From Raillietiella orientalis (lineage: Eukaryota): 64,000 nucleotides of DNA. The DNA is taken from the NCBI GenBank assembly GCA_036172245.1, contig JAYWIR010000028.1, positions 2,480,001 through 2,544,000 of the forward strand, read 5' to 3'. Of the stretch, positions 49,501 to 58,899 are shown in pieces. Below the pieces are notes generated by a model that was not told the DNA's origin, did no database searches, and saw nothing but the letters and a program-made list of their open reading frames with translations. The position numbers and the translations under genes are program-made. How positions within the stretch are numbered: the stretch's first letter is position 1; every line of letters begins with the position of its first letter.

Positions 49501-52500
49501 GTATTCGCCTCGGGAGCAATTTCCGCCAAGTACTTGCGGTGTACCTCCTGGTTTGGAGCATCCGAAGTAGGGATCGAGGGGGAAAGAGGCTCTCAGAGGT
49601 TGATGGGAGGACCTCTCTGCACGACAAAGCCTGCCCGAAAGACTCGAATGAGAGGGGTGTCCAGGGAAACAGATGGTACAGCCGCGGCCCGTCCGCAGGC
49701 GAGTAGGGAAAGGCAACAACTAGGCAATCCAGTGGCCTAGTTGCTGCCTTTCCCTCTTTTGGAGATCAACCGACCAAAGGCAGAAAGGTGCCACGCTCCG
49801 GGAATTCTTTCTTCCTGGAAGGTAACTGCGACCGAGGAACAGAGACGTGAAAAAACCTTTCCTTTTAACTTTTGTTCCTATTTGAGTCCCGGAATCAGAG
49901 GATTGGATGCCGAAGAGCGGCTTTCCTCTTCGAAGAGTCCTCCAGGAAAGAAGGGAACGTTTCGTCTCCACCCACCGTCCTTGGTAGGTGCTGCTAGGGC
50001 CGACAGCGAGGTGGCACATGCCCGCGGCTGGAAAGCTCCTCCCTGATCTGGCCTCCTGCCACATCCACCATTTCTTCCACCCGCCTCCTCTGCCGCTCCT
50101 GCAGAAGCTCCCGGAGGCTTTCCCATGACGCGCCATCCGAAGGAGAGAGAAATGGAAAGGCACCCGCAGCTCGTTTTCGTGGCACTCCTCTGATCTCTTC
50201 CGCCGGTTCGAGTCGGTCGCACGCTTCCGGGATGTCGCGATCTTGAGCTTTTGGCACATGGCTAGAGGCCGTCTGGCCTACCGGCACCGTTCGAACCGAC
50301 CCCACACCGCGGTCAAGCCGCGTGCAGTGCAGAGCACGTGACTAAAGACGTCACGGAATGGAAGCGCCGAGCCTGTGCGCGAGGATCCCTCTCATCGCGC
50401 AGAAGACGGGAGTGTCCCTGCTTCTTCCTCCTCCTCGTCGAGATCCACCGAGCAGCACAAGGAAGGACGTCTTGGGGATGCACCCTTCCGCAGCCGACCC
50501 CGACATCGTCTTCCCACAGCATGGGGGCGCACCCTTTAGCCGCAAGCACCACCACCAGCATCAACCCTCTTCTTAGAGGGACCGTGTCTGAGACGGTCCA
50601 TCGAGACGCGCAGACGGTTTGGCGGGCTGTCTGAGTACCGCTCCGCGTCCTCCCGCCCGAAGACATCCGGGTGGTGAATGAGAGGCGCGCTACCTTGACG
50701 AGATCGCTGCCGGCAGTACGCCTGGATGCACGTGGAATCGCCGCCGCGAGGGATCCGTCGCGTCCTGCCGCGAGTCTGCAGCACCTCTGGCCCCTCCCCC
50801 TCGTTTCCTCCAGAGACAGCTGCGAACGGTTCGCCACCTCCCGGGAGAGCCCTTCAGGATGCTGAAGGGTGCCTTCCCGTTCCGCAGGGCAAAGAATCCA
50901 AAGCTCGAGGGGGAAGACTCTCGGAAGAAGGTCCGGTACCCCATTTTCCCTGACGGAAACCAGCGCGCACGCGCAGGTTCATCATCCTCCATCGGTTTAA
51001 ATCAGCGGGAATCGCGTCTCGATTCGATGCCGGATGCTGCACGATACCGTCCCCCTTTCCTTCCCCCCCAAAGAAAATTCGCGAAACGAGCGAACGGCCG
51101 AGATGCGAGCGTACTTCTTCCGAGGAGCTGTTTCTCGGCAACTCCGGAAACAGCCGCCGCCCCACCCCTTTCCAGCCCCTGTTCAATGCCATCTGCCGGA
51201 TTGACTTGGCACTATCCTGTGAACCGCGGAGGAAGGGGAGGAAGACGAAAAGAACCCTCTGGTTCATTTCGTCGGCCGCATCGGTACCTCAACGCGGGTG
51301 CGGATGCGTTTCCGTCCCCCGTCTTCCCCTCCCTCGCCCCACTCCGATTCCCGTCACGCGATTCGAACTCCGTGTGGTGGCTCGCGGGAATCCTTCCTAG
51401 ATTGCCACCCTCCGCCTCGAGATATCCACTTTCGATGACTAGCCGAAGCCGGAGGCAGCCACGGCTCGCCTCGCAGATGCTGCTCCCACCCACTTCTCGT
51501 TGCCTCCGCGATGTCCTCTATAAATCACTCGCAAGAACAGACACTTCTGGCGAGCAGCATCTCCGGGCCACTTCGGGTCCAGCATCGCAGTCGGCAGGAA
51601 GTTCGGAACTTTCGAGGGCTCCTTCGCTCTTCCCCTAGTGCTCCTGGGAATCTTCCGTCTTCAGAGCGCCTTGGAGGACGCCTACCTAAACTTTCCCTCG
51701 CTCCGTCTCCTCTTTCCGCCTCCCGAAGGGTGGAGTCGGCGATTGATCTTTGACGAGGAGGAGGAAGCTTGGCATTTCCATCTTCGAGCCCGACGGATGC
51801 TGTCGGTTGATCGCCCTCCCTGCAACGCTGATCGGATCGCATCTGGCGGCACGGAAGGGGGAAGGGAGAGGGAGGATGCTCGCAACCTGCGACGGCACCT
51901 GCCAGGGGAGGGCGGAAAGAGGGAAGGAATAAGCTTGAACGCATTCGGAGCCTCGCCGCGCCGACCAACTCCGACCGACTTGCTGAAAGTCCGTCGGCCA
52001 TTAACGGGGAACTTTAGGTGCCCTCAGAACGTCGTGCTCCGAACAGCTTTGGTCCTGACCCCTTCAGTTCCGTTTATTGAATGGATGGAGGAATTGCAAA
52101 GAGGAAAGGGTCCAGGGTCTTTGCAGGCTCCACTATGTTCATTTTCTGTTCTTCTTTTTGTTGCCTGCATAAGGTGATGATAGTTTCCAAAAATGCTCCA
52201 TCTACATTTGCATCGGTTGGTACCACTTCGTTGGACGTCAGTGTTCTTGGAGTTTTCTTCATCGAAAGAAAGATCCAATATTTGTGGGGCCATATTGAAT
52301 GTTGGAGGTAAACAACTACAAGGCGCTTCGTTCTGTCGGAATAAAGCCTCAGAATCTGCAGCTCTCGCATCTCCACTTCATCCTGCAGCCATCACTGCAA
52401 GGCTTCATCGCCTTCACTTCATCTCATCTCGTGGATTTCGGGATCTTAGAACGCCAGCGAATGGGGTTCGTAGACGGTCACCTGAACGTCTGCGGTCGAA

Positions 52501-55500
52501 GGGAAGACAGCGAATTTACTGTATTCGGTCTTTCCCTCTTCTCGAGCACTCCCAAAGAAATCAAGGGTGCTCCAGAATAGGCAGGCAACTTCCAGGATGA
52601 TTATTCTTGTTCCCTTGCGTAGGACTGGATCAGTCCAGTAAACCTCAGCGAAAACGACGTGGAAATTGGATATGCCCTCAGCCAGCATCGGATTCGAATG
52701 GAATGAACAGTGCTGAGAGGGAAGCCTGAAGGAAAGATGGTTCGACGACCCAGGTGAACCAGGAGCAAGCGGAAAATTAAGGAAACCCCAAGGGAACTGA
52801 GAGGGAGTTCCACGCGGCTAAGCCAAGAGGCCCGTTCAGGAAGAAATCTGATGGTGGGCAAGGCTGTCAGTTGGCGCGTTGAGCTAATAAGGAACACTCT
52901 TCTAACCGCACAAAGATCCAGCTAGGCAGAAATCCGCCGCAGAGATTCCCAACGCGTTTCGCCCTCAGCCAAAAAAGACCAACTCTTGTGCACCTTGGTT
53001 CTTGCGGGAAGTGCGAGCCGCGGTTGAATCCTCAGTAGCAGAAAGCTATCCGCACCTTTTTGCCAGATTTATGGAGAGCATGTTTCCCGCCTGCTCAGCG
53101 CATCGGAGCGAAAGGGAGGGGATCAGGGAGTCGCTGATGAAAATCCAAGAGGGCTTCACAGTTTACTCGATCCGTATCAAATTGCACCTCCCGCGCAACA
53201 GCTGGTATTCGGACCCGCCAGGCAGTTACGGGAGGTCGCCACGGAACCTGCTTGGGTGATCGCAACAGCCACTCCCTTCGCAATAAATGCGGCGTCTTGG
53301 AAACACCTTGGCGAGGCCGACTTTAGAAGCGATCTGCCTACATGCAGGCAGCTTCGCAAGCGAAATGGAAAATTCCAGGGAGTTCTGTAGTCAGTCAGTA
53401 ATCAGGAGTTCTGTAATCAGGACAAGGCATCCAGAGTTCCCGAAGCGATGGCGTTTCCTCTTCAGAAAGGAAAAAAGAAAAGAAAAGGGTCTCGAAAGAG
53501 CCTACTTTTTCCAACAGGTTCTCGCAAATCGGCAATGGCGAAGAAACTACGTGGCCTCGCGCATCTGCCTTCCGCATTACGACCCAAACCCAAACGCTTT
53601 CCGGGATGGGGCCGGAAAAAAAAAAATAACAACGTCGTTGCTTCTCTGGAAATCTTGTGATGGAACTTTGCGTCGGAAGCCCATCCGCCGTTATGCACGA
53701 AGGCAGCCGCAAGATTGGTGCGGTGGGCGCCGCATACGTACCTGCGACTGGAGACAGCTTGCTGATCACGCACCAGCGGGACTTCCACTGAAAAAGAGAC
53801 CCACACTTTTAGGACCTACTTGATTTCCTGCAGTCATTTGTTCTTTTCAATTTGAAACTAAGAAAGAAGCCGGAGGCGAAATCAGCATGGTGGGGTAGTG
53901 AACAGGAAGGCGTTGAGTGAAAGGGGTTTAGGGGCGGCGGTGCGGTGGAAAGGCTTTTCCTTGATACGCAAAATTTTCCCCCACAAGAGAGCAGCGCGGG
54001 AATGGGGTGGCCAAGGATGGCTGTTTTACTTGTTTACACGGTCCGAATGTCTGTTGCTCCCGAGCGGCATCTGCGGCAAGGAAGGAATGCCAAAATGCAG
54101 AGCAGGGCTTTGGCTAACAGCGAAATCCTCCGCATTCTTGACCTCTCTTTGCACTCTGCTTGTGGGTTGCAGCCTCATCAGTCTGCCTTCTCGGTCACAA
54201 AAAGAGATTCCAGCCTCAGCAATAGCACCGAGACGCGTCCTTAAGAAAATCGAGACACAACCGTCTTGAAATTTTTGGCGAAAGACGCAAAATGTGTGGA
54301 AGAAATTGCAAGGGTGCCCTCTCAGAGGCACCTCACACGGGCAACAGCCGGCTCGCTGTTACGAATCGTAGGGCGTACGACAGATTTTCTTTTTCCCTGG
54401 GGGGACCTCACCGTGGGTCTGCGGCTTCCAATCTGGGGAAGACACCGACCGAGACCGCCCTATCCACAGCGTCCCATACGAGCGAGCCCACTTTGTCCAG
54501 TAACGAGCATGCATCTCAGCAGCATTCTATCAGTTGCTTAGGTTTCGAGCATTCATTTTTGATTAGCCAAAGGGGCAGAAGATGCCAATTATAGAGGGTT
54601 GGTTGTGGGACACGTAATCCGCCGAAAATTGCGTAAGCAGAACTCCGAAATGATGACACATGAATCATTGTCAGCTAATAATCGATAGCTCGCTAACCAT
54701 ACCTAACGCACTGATCTTCCTCTAAGCAAAGCGAATGTGCGTGCTGTTCTTCCGTTTAGCTTCCTAAGGTCCATCTCACACGACTGAACGTGAGGTGACG
54801 AAAATGATCCGTGAAAGAGTGCTGACTAATGCGTTTTTGTTCCTTTTCTTCCGGATCCGGGATGCAAAGTTTCACTCTTTGACGGAAGATACATTGCCAA
54901 GAGTTCCGATTCGATGGATTCTGCCCATGAAAAATGAATCCCACTTCTCCATGCTCTGGAGTCCAGGAGCAAAAAGGATTCTTTTGAGACCGTAGCGATC
55001 TTTGCTGGCGGGCGACGAGTGACCCTGGTGCGGTTCCGGGGATCGGTCCTGGAAAAACCTGCTGAGAGGTTTGATTCAGTTTCCCAGCACTCCCATCATG
55101 CTCGCTATCCTTCTGCCAAGACGAATCTGATGCGAAAACAGAGGATCTCTCGCTTTCGCGGGGTGCTGCAAATGCTCATCAGTGCCTTCCCTCAGGTAGG
55201 TGCATGACCAGAGAGGGCCTGAGATCGTGTGCTCCCCCCAGCGGGTCAAGTTTCGTCGTGCATTTTTGCTGCGCTTAGGCAACCGGATCAAGGAGCGATT
55301 TACTCGATCTTCTCCCGGCAACAACCTGAACTGCCCAGTGACATGAGGGTGGCATCTTGACTCACCCGTCTTCCTCGATATTTCCTTGTTCGATGGCATC
55401 ATCATCCTGCCTTCTACATCATTACCTGTCTCACTTTCCTTTTCGATCCGATTGCGAGCTCTCCGCGGGGGATTACTTGATCCTTTCAAAGATCGAGATC

Positions 55501-56894
55501 TTCTTCAGTTCTGTTTCATCCCGCGAGTTCATCATTCTGTGAGCTCCTCATTCTCTTCGTCCCCATTCTGTTTCCTCCTGCGCAGTTTGGTTCACTCCCT
55601 TCTGCATCCCAAGTCTACTTCGCATCACCCACGTTCAACTCTGGGATGACTCTGCCGTTTCCGGAATGCGATGCTGAGCACGCCTCGCGTCTTCAAGTCC
55701 CCTCTCTGGCCGTTTTTCCCTCGCCCGTCTCCCAAGGAGACGGGCGAGGTAGGGAGAGTGCTTTGCAAGAGTGGCTGCTAAAGGGCAACGAGCCGCTGCT
55801 GCGAGCAGACGATGCCAGCTGAAGCAAAGATGAACTCTTGAGGCCCACGGGCGATGATCCTGAAGGGAGGAGTTCCGCAAGGAAGGCTGCTATGGAAACA
55901 CCTCGGGCCAGGTATTTGTAGCTGAAGCGCCCGGGGGAAAGGAAAGGAAGCCGAAGCAGAGGGCATCGGGGGATGGAGCGTTCGCGGATGAACGAGAATA
56001 CCCAGCATCAGAAGCAGACCTGAAGACTATGGGTGTTCCAGTCGCTTGGATGCTTTTATGCTTCTTCACAGAGCGTCTTCGCCCTCGGTGCGGAGGTGGT
56101 GCAGCTGCCCTGCGTGCGATTCTGGATCTTCCTTGGGACAGCTCTGGCGCTCTGCGAGGTGAGCTCGAGAGATGGGAAAGAGACGTGCGCAGAGCCATTG
56201 ACACACAAACCGCGGCGGCGATTAGCGCGCACGCGAGCACAGGCTATTGAGGGATAGAGAGGAAGGCCGCGGTGCCCTGGTCCACCGGTTCCGAGGCGCC
56301 ATGACCGAACCGACTGGCTTCATCTGCGGATGCTAACCCGTCGGCGATTCCACAGACTTCACGCAAGGGGAAAGGAGAGGGGGTGATGAAGAGACGCCTT
56401 CTCGCCTCCCAGAAGAAGAGGCGTCCAAGTGAAATCCTCTCGAGAGATGGCGGTCTCCTCCCGCCCTAAGGAGCCGGGAAGCAGCTCGATCTCCCGGCTG
56501 GCGCGTCCGGCTGCTGTTCTTCGACGACGCTTCCCTCGACAGGTTCGCATCGCAGCTGGACGGAGCAGCTCCTTCTTCTCAGAGATGCTGGATACTGAGG
56601 GTCTCCTTTGAAGCGCGCTTCCGGATACAGATGAAAGAAGAAAAGACCTCCAGAGCAAGAGTTGATCCCCACGCATTCTGTCAAGAATTCCTAAGGGGCA
56701 GCCTGTGTGGTTTGGGCGTTCCGCAGCTTCCCACCCCCTTCTTTCCGGCACCGAAAACCGGGGTGGCGGAGGAACAGGAAAGCAGAAGGCAGCAGCAAGG
56801 AGAAAGAGAGAGAGAGAGATGATAGTTCGAGGGGCACCTTTTTACGGTCACGGTACTTGAGCTGTCCTTCGATGATGGTCTTGTCCGCCATCAT
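33224..56894 (-). CDS. DOK7: Dok-7-like docking protein (PH + PTB/IRS domain + Tyr-motif tail); whole gene span
   Basis: Minus-strand exons 56894-56838, 53787-53742, 47039-46938, 35053-34925, 34810-34660, 34544-33224 join in frame via GT-AG introns (1806 nt, 601 aa; 575 aa if the GC-AG intron 34365-34288 is spliced). Protein MMADKTIIEGQLKYRDRKK/WKSRWCVISKLSPVA/DCLQLQFYK...SLSLETLIAEESG/FTMDKESHTLAVIC.../...LWEVSSLR/RFGVVGSKFAFEGGSRCG parallels human DOK7 (EGQVKLRDGKKWKSRWLVLRKPSPVADCL...FIFEGGTRCG). Confidence 0.92.
34660..34810 (-). CDS. DOK7: Dok-7-like exon 5 (PTB domain start)
   Basis: Acceptor CTCCTTTCAG, donor GAG/GTAAGT; DHQWLVQLIATPAKSKLQLGPVKLHL...PPKLLQLWEVSSLR. Confidence 0.92.
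34925..35053 (-). CDS. DOK7: Dok-7-like exon 4 (GFTMDKESHTLAVICRFVTVILAFENRERLIHWQVKVATNLGI)
   Basis: Acceptor CCCCCAG, donor TTG/GTGAGT; encodes the PH C-terminal helix with its conserved Trp. Confidence 0.92.
36298..36324 (+). repeat. (ATG)n microsatellite
   Basis: atgatgatgatgatgatgattatgatg. Confidence 0.9.
36300..38900 (-). mobile_element. Helitron RepHel relic (Rep and part of helicase) in Dok-7-like intron 3
   Basis: RLIEPMPSLAESPRFM ~ RIILPSSFTGSPRYM; SGKTD ~ YGKPD; SDGQRRES ~ LPGQKPED; LTITAPANRRG ~ YTIEFQKRG; WSLGGK...ADCSPPPPLI ~ PFGGK...GDFRQTLPVI. Confidence 0.6.
39600..46700 (+). mobile_element. Near-full-length Helitron RepHel fossil, interrupted at about 43050-45050, in Dok-7-like intron 3
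   Basis: In the expected order: IFWYPLF (39860) ~ LQYPLIF; PLPSSS (40650) ~ ILPSSF; LANDPN* (40750) ~ FTCNPNW; EDHLSIVNSTS...APGPPRA (41480) ~ NAHINVEICNS...KGSDRA; RLPVTA (41880) ~ RLPVHL; ARGIKRDAFE (42365) ~ VDGV..DTFRE; LSGGPSG (42870) ~ LDGPGG; STVNFS...WDKE (45155-45220) ~ STCNIS...IWDE; YTKNF (45475) ~ LTKNM; WIPRM (46446) ~ FIPRI. Confidence 0.7.
44716..44936. mobile_element. Candidate solo LTR (221 bp) inside the interruption of the Helitron fossil
   Basis: Begins TGTGGGGA and ends TCCCCCTACA (TG...CA with inverted termini); internal TTATAC; no clear target-site duplication. Confidence 0.3.
46938..47039 (-). CDS. DOK7: Dok-7-like exon 3 (PH domain, DCLQLQFYKNVKDKQKNRLPKASLSLETLIAEES)
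   Basis: Acceptor TTGCTTTCAG, donor CAG/GTACTT; phases fit both neighbouring exons. Confidence 0.9.
48200..49200 (+). mobile_element. Helitron PIF1 C-terminal relic in Dok-7-like intron 2
   Basis: PLPLASMVSARLPQNTLRVNI ~ PTEFLNSLSVSGLPPHTLRLKV; ALITLPAGRSFLLFVSHSSL ~ AEIITG..G..VFIPRISL. Confidence 0.5.
49700..52000 (-). mobile_element. Helitron linker + PIF1 relic in Dok-7-like intron 2
   Basis: AGCEHPPSP ~ LFCEPSNP; TFFRESSP ~ LFFLDGP; CRLAAGRDGSLAAAIP ~ TLLPGGRTAHSRFKIP; SDLVKVARL ~ AELLRQAKL; VPLRRGLMLV ~ PFGGK.M; EECHENELRV ~ EFAEWLLRI. Confidence 0.6.
52200..53400 (+). mobile_element. Helitron linker + PIF1 motif I relic in Dok-7-like intron 2
   Basis: SRGFRDLRTPANGV ~ PTSFEDLRTVNGV; WYSDPPGSYGRSPRNLL ~ FFLDAPGGTGKTFLINLL; LEAICLHAG ~ IAATLLPGG. 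Confidence 0.6.
53742..53787 (-). CDS. DOK7: Dok-7-like exon 2 (WKSRWCVISKLSPVA)
   Basis: 46-nt exon; acceptor TCTTTTTCAG, donor CAG/GTACGT. Confidence 0.92.
54700..56300 (-). mobile_element. Helitron PIF1 relic in Dok-7-like intron 1
   Basis: EGRMMMPSNKEI ~ ERAILAPTNEDV; RLLPGEDRVNRS ~ RLPGEEKVYKS; HTISGP ~ LTISGLP. Confidence 0.55.
56838..56894 (-). CDS. DOK7: Dok-7-like coding exon 1 (MMADKTIIEGQLKYRDRKK)
   Basis: ATG at 56894; donor AAG/GTGCCC at 56837; upstream acceptor TGTGTTTGTAG ending 56968. Confidence 0.9.
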
Positions 56895-56957
56895 GGGCTC
56901 CCGACTTCATTCTTCTGGAACGGCAAGGACTGGTTGCCATGGTGCGGCTGCTGCCAT
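56848..56957 (-). promoter_or_regulatory. Two upstream ORFs in the Dok-7-like 5' leader
   Basis: gccATGg at 56957 (16 aa, TGA at 56909-56907) and accATGg at 56940 (30 aa, overlapping the main start, TGA at 56850-56848). Confidence 0.6.
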
Positions 56958-58554
56958 GGCGCTCAATCTACAAACACAGAGATAGATGGGTGGGAGGGAG
57001 GAATCGACTGAGGAGTTTCCCATGCGGAGGAGCAGCGAGACAAGGGGAAGGCGGGCTGGAGCCACTGTGGTTTCCACCCCGGGAGCCTCCAGAAGAACGG
57101 GAAGAAGGGGGAAGAGGACAGCCAGCGCATACGCGGATCCGTGGACAGGCATATTCGGTCTGTTGGACGGCTCCAGGATCGGTTGGATGTCCTTTTTTCT
57201 TGCTTTCCGGGGGCCGACCCGGAGAAAATCGGAAAAAAGGCGAGACTGCGGGTCGGCCCTTCGAGTAGTGGCCTGCCCTCCGCCTCCTCCCTTCCCCTTT
57301 CTGAGCCGCTCAGCCAGGGCAAATGTCCCCACAGCATCCCGATAGGAGTCGGAAGCGGCCTTGCTGCTCCCTCTCACGTTCCCAGTTTCCTAGGGAGGTG
57401 GATTGGGAACGAGGAAGGAGGAGGAAGGCGTCCGCTGGTTGCCGAGCTCTCTTAAGCGCTCGCTCCGGGAGAGATGGGGAAGGTGTGCAGGCAGCAGACG
57501 CGGAACGTCCTCCACCCTCTCCTTCCTTGTTGGCGCCTTCGGTTGCAGCGCTGGCAGGGGAGAACTCCCTGCTCCTCCCTCCTTCCCCTTCCATCCCGTT
57601 TCCTCTCCCTACTTCCGCTGTCCCAAATACAAAGGAGCTTACGTTCTTACACACCGGTCCCGTCCTCGCTCGGGAGAGAAAAACCAGGAGTTCCGCTGTG
57701 TCCTGTGGTTTCCTACGAATCCTTTTTTTTTTTTTTCTCCTTTTTTTTTCCTTTTTTTTCCCCGACGTGCGCGCGCTTTGTTTTGTTTCGTTACATACAG
57801 CTAGGGGGCCGGGTAGTGGGGAAGGGTTCTGGAGCGCCGTCACTCGGAACGGAGAGGGGAGTGAGGAGGGTTGGGTGGGCAGGGAACGACGGGGCTGCTC
57901 CTGCCGTCACTCGCAGAGTCGCGTCCAGAGACGTCCGCTCGTCACGTGAGCGCTCTCGCACGGCACTGCGCCGACTGGAGCGTCCGACCGCATCGAGGGA
58001 GGCGGGGATGTGCAGGTGCGTGCGTGGAGGCCGCCGCCGCCGCAGGAGGCTGGAGGTTCCCTCCGACTCGTGCCGCTTGGCTGGCCTCGGGCGTCGGTGG
58101 CCAGGACTTCGCTCCTGGAGAAGCGCTTCCCTGCAGTGGGAAGGCGGATGTGTCGAAAGGGACGACGCTTCCCGTTTCTGGGACAGGGAGGGAGAAGAGG
58201 GAGACGAGCTCTGGTTCCCTGAGCAGAGACCGGCTCTGAGGGAGCTTGTTTGTTTCTGGCGCCGTCGCCAGGAACGAACTCCTCCTTCCCTTCTCGCCTT
58301 TTCTTCCCGCTCTTCCGCTACGGGAAGACCTCAACGACGCCTCCCCACCCTCTTATGCCATTCCCTCCGTCCCTTTCCCTTCTGAGTCCCCTCTTCGGGA
58401 GGAGAAGGAGAGTGGGAAGGAGCGTGCCGAAGGCGAAGCAGGGGGTTAAGGGAAGCGGGCGGGCAGCAACGCCCACCCATTGAGAGCAAAAGGAAGTGGG
58501 AGAAAGGTAAAGGGGAGTGACGAGAAAGGACAAGAGACGAAAGAGGTGTGAAAG

Positions 58555-58576
58555 AACACACACACACACACACACA
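58555..58576 (+). repeat. (AC)n microsatellite
   Basis: About 11 AC units. Confidence 0.9.
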
Positions 58577-58899
58577 TCGAAAAGCAGGGAAAAAAAAAAG
58601 GTCTTAAAGAGGGAGGGAAACCGGGGATGAGCGCGCAGTTTCCAACCAACTGGGAAGGGTAAGCGGCATTCTTCTCTCCCGATTTCCGCTGGCTCGTCCG
58701 CGTTTGGGACGAGAGGTAGTAAAAGGCGAGGAATAGCTTGGCAGAAGGGAGAGGGAGGAGTAGTTCTCGGAATCGGCGGATCGTCTCTCCGCGCGCGCGG
58801 TCCGCTCGGAGGCTCAACGCAGCCTTCGGTCCCGACGGCAGGGATGAGAGAGGAAAGGAAGATGCTCATCTTCCCATGAAGGGAAGGAAGCCTTCGAGG

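Noticed and set aside
56907..56909. Selenocysteine or programmed readthrough at the in-frame TGA upstream of the Dok-7-like start
   Set aside because: Context TGA-AGT is not a known leaky context, no SECIS is evident in the short 3'UTR, and homology begins at the downstream ATG.
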